DNA from: Malacoraja senta | Taxonomy: Eukaryota | Length of the DNA: 64,000 nt | Direction of reading: 5' to 3' | Assembly: GCA_038087875.1 (NCBI GenBank) | Contig: CM075994.1 | Location: 3,164,001 to 3,228,000 of the forward strand | Shown: piece after piece, positions 12,623-24,590 of the stretch | How positions within the stretch are numbered: the first letter of the stretch is position 1 | Layout: every line of letters starts with the position of its first letter | The notes under the pieces: model-generated | Told to the model about the DNA's origin: nothing | Databases searched by the model: none | What the model saw: the letters and a program-made list of their open reading frames with translations, nothing else | Position numbers and translations under genes: made by a program

Positions 12623-13614
12623 ATACATTCCAGTAAAATTGTCAGGCAGATTCATCGTTATTCTGATATTTCGAATTATTCTAGAAAGTATTATTCACTC
12701 TTCTAAAGAACCTCATATTTTCCGCAAGCATTGCATTATATAAACGCACCGCACAGGATTATTTTGCGAAAAAACTCCCAGCTGATCACACACAACCAGC
12801 GGCATTGCCGATTTCAATCCCTCAGAATCAAAGCTGAGCAAGCGTCATTGCAGATGGTTCCGCTTCCAGACACAATGTGCAACGTATATGCAAGATATCC
12901 CTTCGAATAGATGTTTCAGAAGGAACTGTAAATGCTGGAAAATCGAAGGTAGACAATTATGCTGGAGAGACTCAGGTGGTGAGACAACATCTATGGAGCG
13001 TAGGAAATTGGCCACGCTTCGTGTCGAGACCCTTCTTCAGACTGATGACGAGGTGGGAGGGGGCGGATAGAAGAAAGGAAGAGGTGGAGATAGTGGGCTG
13101 TGAGATAGCTGGGAAGGGGAGGCGATAGAGGAAGAAAGCAGGGAGTACCTGAAATTGGAGGCCAATGTTCATACCGCTGGGGAGTAAACTGTCCAAGCAA
13201 CATATGAGGTTCTACTCCTCCAAATTACGGCGGGCCTCACTCTGGCCATGGAGGAGGCTCAGGACAGAAATGTCGGATTCGGAATGGGAGGGGAGAGTTG
13301 AAGTGCTGAGCCACCGGGAGATCAGGTAGGTTATTGCGAACCGAACGGAGGTGATTGGCGAAGCGATCGCCAAGCCTGGTAGAGCAGCTGACAATTAGAG
13401 CAGCGGATGCAAGAGTTGTGGTTGGAGGAGGTGCAGGTGAACCTCTGCGGCACCTGAAAGGACTGCTTAGGTACGTGGAAGGAGTCAAGAGGAAAGGTAA
13501 AGCGATAAGTGTAGCATTTCCTGCGGTTGCAAGGGAAGGTACCAGGAGAGGGTGTGTTTGGGTGGCTTTTACCAGGGAAGGGATGAATTGACCAGGGAGT
13601 ATCGGAGGGAGCGG

Positions 13615-13830
13615 TGTAAAGGAGTTAAGTCTGACTCACTTGTAGCTTTACTTAACGTTTAATAATAAGACAGGTTAAACACTTTCCAGCACTGACTGCA
13701 CCCAGTCTATCATCATGCTGGAACCAAGGGAGGAGCACACGGGAGATAGAGTTCTTATACTTGATAACTAAGGCGTGGTTAGTGGTACTGAGGCAGCTAT
13801 ATTATTGGTTGCATGCACAAACCATCTACA
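13615..13830 (-). repeat. Gypsy 3' LTR
   Basis: Direct repeat of 18071-18286; preceded on the - strand by the polypurine tract. Confidence 0.95.
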
Positions 13831-13898
13831 CCCTTCCCCTTACAATCAAATGCACATGGAGGCAATCAGGATAGCGCTATTACAATAAACATGCGAAT

Positions 13899-16800
13899 TT
13901 AGACAAAGTCGCCGTAACGAACAGGCGGCTTAACAATGCGACCCGAACGCGTACGTACAGCACCTTCCCCCCTCCCGTCAGAAAGAAGAGAAGCCGTAGC
14001 GGAGGCAGGCAGGAAAGGCAAGGGAGGGGGAGATGCAGCCAGAGCGGGAGCGGGAGAGATAGGCGGGGAAGGACGTGCAGGAGGTGACAGCGGCCGGCCA
14101 AGACCAGGAGGCAGCGAAACAGGACACCGCAATAAGCGAGGGGATTGGGGCATGCATGGAGCAGCAGGGTGATCAGCGGCAGCAGTTGGAAACGACAACG
14201 GAGGAGCATAAGGAGTCGCAGGAGGAGGCTTTGGCTCGTTGACGGCCAACAGGTGCTGACGGCTGCGTCGGTAGGTAGTCCCTTCGTAATCCAATAGGTA
14301 CGATCTTGGAGAGTCGTCCACGCCAGTCACCATCGCGAGGCGGGAGTAGCCGGTGGCGGTCCGCATCCGAACGACCTGCCCGGGTAGCAGAGGCAGCAGA
14401 GGGCGGCAGGACTTGTCGTGGGAACGCCGTTGAACTTCATGTTTATGATCGATCCGTCTCTGGACGGTGGCAGGATCGAACACTTTGGGTATCAGGGACT
14501 GCTGGGCGATGGGTATGGGTTGTCTTGTCACTCTGGACATCAGACGTTGGGCAGGGGAACCCATAAGCGGGTCCCGTGAAACGTTACGTAAGTTTAGTAA
14601 GTCCAGGTAAATATCGCTGTTTGACAGGCGGGACCGCTCCAACAGGCCCTTAGCACTCCGCACGGCCCGTTCGGCCAGGCCGTTACTCTGAGGGTACTCC
14701 GGCCTGCTGGTGTAGTGAAGGAAGTTCCACCTTGCAGGGAAAGCTTTGAACTCGGCACTTGTGAATTGCGGACCATTGTCGGTCTGTAACCGGACAGGGA
14801 CGCCGTGGTCGCAGAAATGCTGCCGCATCTTTGCGATGACCCTCCCGGAGGTGGCGGATGGAAGGTGGTCAATGTCGAACCAATTGGAGAATGAGTCCAC
14901 CAGGACGAGAAAGAGCTTACCCCGCCATTCGAATATGTCAGCAGCCAGCGATGTCCAAGCCATGGCAGGCGCCGGCTGCTGCAGAAGAGGTTGACGCTGC
15001 TGGTGTGGGGTAAGGTTGTTACAGGAGGCACAGGAGGACACCCGGTTCCTGATGTAGTATAGATCGTATAGAGAGGCTGGGACCACAACTTTGTGGCCTT
15101 TGACGATAACCCCATCCTGGATCACCAGCTCCTCGCGGTCCAGGAAGAACGGTTGTGCGCCCGATGGCAAATTGGTACGTTTGACGGGCCACCCGCGCTT
15201 GATGATGGCAGCCAGCTGCTGCAGTGCGGGTCCGCGGCGGTGTGCTCGATCAGGCTCTGTAGCTGCTTGGTTGAAACAAAGTTGACATTAAGCACGAGTA
15301 GGTTTTCCTGCTCGTAAGGGTGGCGGTCACAGGATGCCCGTGGGGCGCGAGAAAGTGTGTCAGCAACATGCATCTCCGTTCCCTTCTTGTATGTGATTTC
15401 AAAATCAAAACGCTGGAGTTGCAGCATCATACGTTGTAATCTGGCAGGGGCAACATGTATAGGTTTGTTAAAAATGGTTCCCAGTGGCTGGTGGTCCGTC
15501 TCGACTGTGAATCTACAGCCAAAGAGAAAGTCTTTGAATTTGGAACAAGCAAACACCACAGCCAGGAGCTCCTTCTCGATCTGAGCATATCGTTGCTCCG
15601 TGTCGGTCATGGTCCGAGAGGCATACGAGACCGGTACCCGTCGCCGTAAAGCTGCAGGCAAGCAGCACCCAGTCCAAAACGAGAGGCATCACAGGTGACA
15701 ACAATGGGACGGCGTTGGTCGAAGAATTTGAGTGTTGGGGTGCTGATCAGCTTAGACTTCAGACATTCGAAAGCCTGCTGGTGTTGTGGAAACCAGGACC
15801 AGGCGATGCCTTTCTTAGTTAGTTGTCTCAGGGATGAGCTCAGCTCACTGAGATTCGGTACAAACTTCCCGAGGTAGTTGACCATGCCCAAGAATCGTTG
15901 GAGACCAAGCACGTCAGTTGGGGCTGGCATTTCGGATATAGCGATAGTCTTTTGCGGGTCGGGTTTCAGCCCCTTGGAAGTGAAGATGTGCCCGACGTAC
16001 GGCACCTCTGAGACCCGGAACCGGCATTTATTCTTGTTCAGTTTTAAGTTCATCTGCCGGGCACGGTCCAGGACTCTGCGGAGGTTCTTATCATGTTCGA
16101 GTGCATTCTCCCCATAAACTAGGATGTCGTCAACGATGATGGCGCAAGGCATGTCAGCGAACAGCTGTTCCATGGTTCGCTGAAACACTTCACTGGCAGA
16201 GTTAATACCGAATGGCATTCGTAGAAACTTAAACCTGCCATAAGGAGTGGAAAAAGTTGTCAGATCGGAGGAGCGCTTATCGAGTGGTATTTGCCAGAAA
16301 GAGCTTTTTGCATCAAGGACAGAAAACACCGTAGCCTGACCGACCTGAGCGGCGACGTCCTCTACGGTTCTCATGGGGTAGTGTGGCCGCCTAATCGCTA
16401 GGTTCAGGTCTTTGGGGTTGATACACACCCGTATCTCGTTTTTGTCCTTTTTCAGGGTAGCAACCATGGTGGAGACCCAGTCGGTGGGCTCGCTCACTGC
16501 TTCCAGCACCCCCATTGTAACCATGCTCTTCAGCATCGCCTCCACTTTATCCTTTAAAGCGAGGGATACTCTGTGTGGTGCTCGGACCACTGGCACCACT
16601 TTGTGGTCGGTGACAATCTTGTAGACAAGGGGCAGTTTGCCCAGTTCATTATCAAACAGGTCCGGGTACTCGGATAACGGATCCATTAGCAAACGTATTT
16701 CGTGGACAGTACGATCGAAGGACACTAGTCCCAGGTCTTGGCACGCCTGGTTGCCCAACAGAGTCACACAATCAGAATCCAGAACATAAAACATGAGGGG

Positions 16801-17300
16801 CCGCGATGACTTCTGCAGCACACAATTAAAAGTTGCCTTTCCCACAGGTTTCAGTACCTCGCCCCAATAGGCACATAAGGTGGAACGGTCTGAAGTCAGT
16901 GGTTCATTGTGTCTAATCTTTCGGAACAGGTTTGTTGACATAACATTGACTTTCGCCCCCGTGTCGAGTTTAGCTGTCAACGGACAGTTGTTGACGGTAA
17001 CGAGAACCGATGGATCGGGGAGGCGAGCAGGTGCATGTAGGAGTGTAAATATACTAGCATCTCCTTGAGAACTAATTGCCTCAGAGTCGGGGGCAGTGTC
17101 GAGCGAGGACTGGGAACCAAAATCGCTATCAACTTGTGCTACGTTGTTTAATGCTTGTCTAGGAAAAGGTGGCAGGTTCTCACGAGAACGGCAAACCGCC
17201 GAGAAGTGATTCAATCTCTTGCAGAAATTACATGCTTTACCATAAGCCGGACACTGCGATTGCATTGAATGTATATAGTTACAATTAGGGCACCTTTTTG
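13899..17300 (-). pseudogene. Gypsy zinc knuckle plus pol (protease, RT, RNase H, integrase) broken by frameshifts
   Basis: CNFCKRLNHFSAVC; LDTGA; VLDAKSSFWQI; IIVDDILV; TCDAS; YAQIEKELLA; TDHQPL; LVDSFS..TDNGPQF..SNGLAERAV. Confidence 0.93.
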
Positions 17301-17348
17301 ATCACCGGTCCCCCGGGGCCATAACCTGCCCGCGGCGCGGGTTTAGCG

Positions 17349-17981
17349 TTATCTATTTTGGGGACGTGGTCTGCTGAGACCAGTTAAATTGACCGATCGG
17401 CCATCAGTGCCCCTTTGTCCGAACAACGGGTCAACGACTTCAGCCAACCTGCATGCATGCATAGCGTCCGTCAGGGTAAGATCCGGCCTCCTCTGTAGCT
17501 CGGATCGCAGTTTCTGATCCAGCATACCTGTCACTAAAATGTCCCTGGTTAGCTGGTCAGTCATGTTTTCAAAACGGCAACGCTGCGCGCGATAGCGCAG
17601 ATCCGCAATAAAGCATTCAACAGGTTCGTCGGGCTGTTGCTTTCTCGTGAAAATCTTCGCACGCTGTAAAATACGGTTAGAGGGCAAGTCGCAAATTTCG
17701 GCAAATTTTCGCAATAGACACACTGAGTCGTTAGCAGACTCAGCAGGTACCTGAACCAGGTCGTTCCCATCCCGGACCTCGGGATCATAGGCAAAGGCTC
17801 GCGCTCTCCTCATGGCGTCTGGACCCGCAAGGTTCAGTAGGAGAGAAGCTTTAACAATATCAGGATCGTTGCGATGCACGCTATTGATGTAGTGAGTGAA
17901 GTCCATTTCAAAAGTCGCCCAGCGTTCAGCTATGTCAGCATCAAAGACCAGGGGCGAGGCCTTGCGGCACGAGGATGCCAT
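17349..17981 (-). CDS. Gypsy gag-like ORF (210 aa, premature stop before the zinc knuckle)
   Basis: Lies just after the PBS; RKQQPDEPVECFIADLR..C.F and LRSEL..LTL gag motifs. Confidence 0.85.
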   Translation of the reverse strand: MASSCRKASPLVFDADIAERWATFEMDFTHYINSVHRNDPDIVKASLLLNLAGPDAMRRARAFAYDPEVRDGNDLVQVPAESANDSVCLLRKFAEICDLPSNRILQRAKIFTRKQQPDEPVECFIADLRYRAQRCRFENMTDQLTRDILVTGMLDQKLRSELQRRPDLTLTDAMHACRLAEVVDPLFGQRGTDGRSVNLTGLSRPRPQNR

Positions 17982-18070
17982 AGCAAAATCACAAAACTCC
18001 GATAAAGCAACACTTATAAAGAAAAAAAAACACGATATACAGGAGGCGCGCGTTTATCTTGCTAACACCA

Positions 18071-18286
18071 TGTAAAGGAGTTTTTTCTGACTTACTTGTA
18101 GCTTTACTTAACGTTTAATAATAAGACAGGTTAAACACTTTCCAGCACTGACTGCCCCCAGTCTATCATCATGCTGGAACCAAGGGAGGAGCACATGGGA
18201 GATAGAGATCTTATACTTGATAACTAAGGCGTGGTTAGTGGTACTGAGGTAGCTATATTATTGGTTGCATGCATAAACCATATACA
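18071..18286 (-). repeat. Gypsy 5' LTR
   Basis: Direct repeat of 13615-13830 with about 10 substitutions by eye; followed on - by the PBS. Confidence 0.95.
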
Positions 18287-18720
18287 AGCGGTGTCTACGG
18301 AAAGCCGAAAGGGGAGGAGATGGGAGATGTGGCCAGTGGTAGGATCCCGTTGGAGGTGGCGAAAATGTTGGAGGATTATCTGTTGTATGTGACGGCTGGT
18401 AGGGTGGAAGGTGAGGACAATGGGAAATCTGCCCTTGTTACGAGTGGGGGGATGGGGAGAAAGCGCAGAGTTGTGGGGTATAGAAGAGACCTTGGTGAGA
18501 GCCTCATCTATAGCAGAAGAGGGGAATCCCCGTTCCCTAATGAATGAGGACATCTCCGATGCTCTGGTTTGGAACACCTCATCCTGGGTGAAGATGCGGC
18601 GTAGGCGAGGGAATTTGGAGTAGGGGTTGGAGTCTTTACAGGAAGCAGGGTGGGAAGAAGTGCAGTCCAAATAGCCATGGGAGTCAGTGGGTTTACAATA
18701 GACGTCGGTCAGTAGTATGT

Positions 18721-19856
18721 CATAGAAACATAGAAACATAGAAATTAGGTGCAGGAGTAGGCTATTCGGCCCTTCGAGCCTGCACCGCCATTCAATATGA
18801 TCATGGCTGATCATCCAACTCAGTATCCCGTACCTGCCTTCTCTCCATACCCTCTGATCCCTTTAGCCACAAGGGCCACATCTAGCTCCCTCTTAAATAT
18901 AGCCAATGAACTGGCCTCGACTACCCTCTGTGGCAGAGAGTTCCAGAGATTCACCACTCTCTGTGTGAAAAAAGTTCTTCTCATCTCGGTTTTAAAGGAT
19001 TTCCCCCTTATCCTTAAGCTGTGACCCCTTGTCCTGGACTTCCCCAACATCGGGAGCAATCTTCCTGCATCTAGCCTGTCCAACCCCTTAAGAATTTTGT
19101 AAGTTTCTATAAGATCCCCTCTCAATCTCCTAAATTCTAGAGAGTATAAACCAAGTCTATCCAGTCTTTCTTCATAAGACAGTCCTGACATCCCAGGAAT
19201 CAGTCTGGTGAACCTTCTCTGCACTCCCTCTATGGCAATAATGTCCTTCCTCAGATTTGGAGACCAAAACTGTACGCAATACTCCAGGTGTGGTCTCACC
19301 AAGACCCTGTACAACTGCAGTAGAACCTCCCTGCTCCTATACTCAAATCCTTTTGCTATGAAAGCTAACATACCATTCGCTTTCTTCACTGCCTGCTGCA
19401 CCTGCATGCCTACTTTCAATGACTGGTGTACCATGACACCCAGGTCTCGCTGCATCTCCCCTTTTCCTAGTCGGCCACCATTTAGAAAATAGTCTGCTTT
19501 CCTGTTTTTGCCACCAAAATGGATAACCTCACATTTATCCACATTATACTGCATCTGCCAAACATTTGCCCACTCACCCAGCCTATCCAAGTCACCTTGC
19601 AGTCTCCTAGCATCCTCCTCACAGCTAACACAGCCCCCCAGCTTAGTGTCATCCGCAAACTTGGAGATATTGCCTTCAATTCCCTCATCCAGGTCATTAA
19701 TATATATTGTAAATAGCTGGGGTCCCAGCACTGAGCCTTGCGGTACCCCACTAGTCACTGCCTGCCATTGTGAAAAGGACCCGTTTACTCCTACTCTTTG
19801 CTTCCTGTTTGCCAGCCAGTTCTCTATCCACATCAATACTGAACCCCCAATGCCGA
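18721..19856 (-). mobile_element. Young 5'-truncated CR1 LINE inserted in Penelope
   Basis: Uninterrupted 338-aa RT C-terminal ORF 18820-19836; (CATAGAAA)n tail. Confidence 0.96.
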
Positions 19857-20120
19857 TGGAGATAGTGAGTTCGAGAAACGGTAGGGAGATGACTGAAATG
19901 GTCCAGGTGTATTTGAGTGCCGGATGGAAGTTAGTGGTGAAATGGATGAAGTCAGTGAGTTATGTATGGGTGCAGGATTTTAGCACCAATGCAGCCGTGG
20001 ATGTAGCAGACGTAGAGTTCGCGGATAGGGCCACGGTACGCATCGAACAAGGATTTTTCGACGTAACCTACAAAGAGGCAGGCATAGCTTGGGCTCATGC
20101 GCGTGTCCATAGCTATGCCT

Positions 20121-20740
20121 TGTCAAGTCAAGTCACATTTATTTATATAGCACATTTAAAAAACAACTCTCGTTGGCCAAAGTGCTTTACATTTGTTATA
20201 AGAATAGCATAAACAAAACAAACTACATACATATATACATGTAGCCCTCACTCAGAGGACGTCAGGGAAGGCTTGGGAGTATAGATAAGTTTTTAGTCTT
20301 GACTTAAAAGAGTCGATGGAGGGGGCAGTTCTGATGGGAAAGGGGATGCTGTTCCACAGTCTAGGGGCTGCAACCGCAAAGGCGCGGTCGCCCCTGAGCT
20401 TATGGCTAGACCGTGGGATATTCAGCAACCCCAAGTCGGCCGATCTGAGGGGCCTGGAGGTGGAGTGGTGGGTGAGAAGACTTTTTATGTAGGTGGGGGC
20501 AAGCCCATTGATGGCTTTGTAGACATGGAAGAGGATCTTGAAGTTTATAGGGAACCGCACAGGGAGCCAGTGGAGAGAGGCCAGGATCGGGGTGATGTGA
20601 TCCCTTTTTCGGGTGCCCGTCAGGAGTCTCGCTGCGGCGTTTTGGACCAGTTGCGGGAGGGACAGGGAAGATTGGCTGATGCCAGTGTAAAGGGAGTTGC
20701 AGTAATCTAGGTGGGAGGAGATGAATGTGTGGATGATCTT
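20121..20740 (-). mobile_element. L2-type LINE 3' fragment
   Basis: INFKIL..VYKAINGLAPTYI..LRS...GDRAFAVAAPRLWNSIP..FKSRLKTYLY; 3' end aaataaatg plus (TGACT)n. Confidence 0.88.
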
Positions 20741-21725
20741 TTCGACGTACCCTAAAAAGAGGCGGGAATAGCTTGTTCGACGTACCCTACAAAGAGGCAG
20801 ACATAGCTTGTTCGACGTACCCTACAAAGAGGCGTAGCTATCGGCACGCGCATGAGCCCAAGCTATGCCTGCCTCTTTGTAGTGTATGTCGAACACAAGG
20901 CGTAGCTATGGACACGCGCATGGGCCCAAGCTATGCCTTCCTCTATGTAGGGTACGTCGAATAATCCTTGTTCGAGGCGTACCGTGGCCATATTCCCGAA
21001 CGCGACCTCCGCTACATCGACGACTGCGTTGGAGCTACCTCGTGCACGCATACAGAACACACTGACGTCATCCATTTCACCACTAACTTCCATCCGGCAC
21101 TCAAATACACCTGGACCATTTCCGGCATCTCCCTGCCGTTTCCAGACCTCACTATCTCAATCGCAGGTACAGACTACTGACCGACGTCTACTATCAACCC
21201 ACTGACTCCCATGGCTATCTGTACTACACTTCTTCCCACCCTGCTTCCTGTAAGGACTCTATCCCCTACTCCCAATTCATCCGTCTATGCCCCATTTACA
21301 CGCAGGATGAGGTGTTCCAAAGCAGGGCATCGGAGATGTCCTCATTCATTAGGGAACGGGGGTTCCCCTCTTCTACTAGAGATGAGGCTCTCACCAGGGT
21401 TTCTTCTATACCCCGCAACTCCGCAATCTCTCCCAATCCCCCCACTCCTATCAAGGGTCGAGTCTACTTGGGTAGATTACACCGCAGCGGTATGAACAAT
21501 GCCTTCTCCAATTTCTGGTAGCCCCTGCTTTCTCCATCTTTCCCCTCCCCTTCCCAACTCTCCCACAGCCCAATGCTCCCGCCTCTTCCTTTCTTCTTCC
21601 CACCACCCCCCCCACTCCCACATCAGTCTGAAAAAGGGTCTCGACACGAAACGTCGCCTATTTCCTTCGCTCCATAGATGCTTCCTCACCCGCTGAGTTT
21701 CTCCAGCATGTTTGTTTCCCTTCGA
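20741..21725 (+). mobile_element. Decayed Penelope-like fragment, head-to-head with the - strand copy, with a stuttered 5' junction and an internal deletion
   Basis: QGVAMDTRMGPSYA, LRYIDDC, FTTNFHPALKYTW; jumps near 21462 to the element 3' end; pLTR ctgaaaaagggtctcgacacgaaacgtc. Confidence 0.88.
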
Positions 21726-21874
21726 AGAGACATCTTATTATGGTCGTTTAAGAGTCAAGAGTCAAGTGCGTTTTATCGTCATGTGTCCCAGATAGGACAA
21801 TGAAATGTATTATTCAGAAGGATTAAATTAGGTTGTATTCTGCGTCACTGTGCAGATTTGCAGGTATTATATAT

Positions 21875-23320
21875 AGAAACATAGAAACATAGAAAATAGG
21901 TGCAGGAGAAGGCCATTCGGCCCCTCGAGCCAGCACAGCCATTCATTGTGATCATGGCTGATCATCCCCTATCAATAACCCGTGCCTGCCTTCTCCCCAT
22001 ATCCCTTGACTCCACTAGCCCCTAGAGCTCTACCTAACACTCTCTTAAATCCATCCATGACTTGGCCTCCACTGCCCTCTGTGGCAGGGAATTCCATAAA
22101 TTCACAACTCTCTGGGTGAAAAAGTGTTTTCTCAACTCAGTCTTAAATGACCTCCCCTTTATTCTAAGACTGTGGCCCCTGGTTCTGGACTCGTCCAACA
22201 TTGGGAACATTTTTCCTGCATCTAGCTTGTCCAGTCCTTTTATAATTGTATATGTTTCTATAAGACCCCCCCCCCCCACATCCTTCTAAACTCCAATGAA
22301 TACAAGCCTAGTCCATTTAATCTTTCCTCATATGACAGTCCCACCATCCCAGGGATCAATCTCGTTAACCTACGCTGCACTGCTTCAATCACAAGGATGC
22401 CCTTCCTCAAATTACGAGACCAAAACTGTACACAATACTCGAGATGTGGTCTCACCCGTGCCCGATACAACTGCAGAAGAACCGCTTTACTCCTACACTG
22501 AAATCCTCTTGTTATGAAGGCCAACATTCCATTAGCTTTCTTCACTGCCTGCTGTACCTGTAAGCCAACTTTTAGTGACCGGTGTACAAAGACGCCCAGG
22601 TCGCGCTGCACCTCCCCCTCTCCTAATCTAACCCCATTGAGATAATAATTTGCCCCCTTGTTTTTGCCACCAAAGTGGATAACCTCACATTTATCTGTAT
22701 TACACTGCATCTGCCACGCATCTGCCCACTCACTAAACCTGTCCAGGTCTACCTGCAACCTCCTAACATCCTCTTCACAGCTCACAATGCCACGCAGCTT
22801 TGTGTTATCCGCATACTTGCTAGTGTTCCTCCTAATTCCCTCTTCCAAAGCATTAATATATATGGTAAACCGTTGCGGCCCCAACACCGAGCCTTGCGGC
22901 ACTCCACTCGCCACTGCCTGTCATTCTGAAAATGACCCGTTCACTCCTACTCTTTGTTTCCGGTCTGCCAACCAATGTTCTATCCATGTCAACACCCTAC
23001 CGCCAATACCATGTGCTCTAATTTTAGTCGCCAGTCTCGCGTGCGGGACCTTATCAAAGGCTTTCTGAAAGTCTAGATACACTACATCCACTGGCACCCC
23101 TTCATCCATTTTACTTGTAACATGCTCAAAAATTTCCAGAAGATTAGTCATGCATGATTTCCCTTTCATAAATCCATGTTGACTTGGACTAATCATTTTA
23201 CTGCTATCCAAATGCCCCATTATTACCTCTTTAATAATTGACTCCAGCATCTTTCCCACCACCGAAGCCAGACTAACTGGTCTGTAATTCCCCGTTTTCT
23301 CTCTCGCTCCTTTCTTGAAT
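21875..23320 (-). mobile_element. 5'-truncated CR1 LINE
   Basis: RT ORF fragments 22921-23262, 22258-22914 and 22034-22279; (CATAGAAA)n tail. Confidence 0.93.
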
Positions 23321-24427
23321 AGTGAGAGTATATAATGGTAGAATAACGGAGCAAATCCAAACGGAGTTGATTTTGGCAGAATGCAAACGATCCCTGGATT
23401 TCAAGGAGCCTGTAAGGTTTGGGTAAAAATTGGCATTCCATAATGTTCTCTTACGGACACATTGTGTTTACATGCACAGTTTGTTTCAATTAGAGTCAGC
23501 CAAAGTTATTGAAGGCATTTCAACAACAAAAACACAGTACATGAAGAATAAAATAATTTCACGGGGATAAAGCCCGATCAAATATCCTCTCGGCTTCTTT
23601 CAATGTTAACTCAATTTCAATAAGTGCAATTGGGCATTGTCTCAATTAGTAACCCGTTTAATGAAAGCCTCGTACCGTGCGGCATTAGTCAGCTCAGAAG
23701 AACGATTATGTTTGGAATATTAAGTTGACTTTCAAATACGAAAAGCACAGCGTTCCATTGAGATTTCCCATTAAAATATCCCACCATTTGCTCTTCTTAT
23801 ACTCCATATTCAATGATGCCTTCTTATCATTGAATCTGCGCACCGCAATGCAGAGGTATGTAGCGGAAGGTAATGGCAGGACACACTTGATTTGCTTTCC
23901 CCTCCCTAGGACTCGGGGTTGAGAACGAAGGTCATATAACCTGAAATGACTCGAGGTGGAAAGGCACTTCCCATGCATTTCTCAGCTTTAAGCTACCTTG
24001 CTTATATAGCTACCGTATGAGTGGGGCTGTTCGATCCGGATGGGAGGCTTACTTTAGTGATCGATACTTTATACGAACATGTTATGAACATTTTATCAAT
24101 TAAGCCGAAAGCATGCACGTAAAAATGCTGTTCTTTTTTTTCTGTATAAACATATTGTATTCGTTCTTACGTTGAAATGTATTTATCCTATTTATCGCCA
24201 TGGTAATAAATTCTACAACAAGTTCTTTGTTTCTCGTGATGGTGCCGAATATACACGCCAAGAGGCATCGTGCACAGAGAGCACGACCCAGCCGGCCGCT
24301 TCAGCACCACGGCTTCATTAGAGTGACAAAACAAATTCGCTTTTGATAAAGTGTTGCAAGAGTCCAATAAAAGCTAACGGTCCTCCACAGCAAGGCAACA
24401 AATTTGATGATTTCAGCAATTGAATTT

Positions 24428-24590
24428 GGGGCGGCACGGTGGCGCAGCGGTAGAGTTGCTGAATTACATCGCTGCAGCGCCGGAGACCTGGGATCGATCA
24501 CGACTACGGGTGTTGCATGTCCGGAGGTCTCCCTATGACCTCGTGCGTTTTCTCCGAGATTTCCTCTCGAATTCCAAACACGTACAGACA
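24428..24590 (+). mobile_element. tRNA-derived SINE (V-SINE/HE1-like), decayed
   Basis: ggggcggcacggtggcgcagcggtagag A-box-like head; gggatcgatc B-box-like motif; ctccctatgacctcgtgcgttttctccg core. Confidence 0.7.

Larger units (their letters stand above)
13615..18286 (-). mobile_element. Full-length Gypsy (Ty3) LTR retrotransposon, frameshifted
   Basis: Two 216-bp LTRs with TG...CA ends; AGCGG TSD (13610-13614, 18287-18291); PBS TGGTGTTAGC next to the 5' LTR; PPT AAGGGGAAGGG (13831-13841); domain order gag-PR-RT-RH-IN. Confidence 0.97.
12912..20120 (-). mobile_element. Penelope-like element split into three pieces (12912-13614, 18287-18720, 19857-20120) by Gypsy and CR1 insertions
   Basis: pLTR with hammerhead-like core at ~13015-13045; RLGDRFANHLRSVRNN; PTDSHGYLD..SSHPASCKDS; the pieces are colinear across the insertions. 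Confidence 0.9.

Noticed and set aside
24428..24510. tRNA gene
   Set aside because: A/B-box-like head only, no cloverleaf, and it continues into a SINE core
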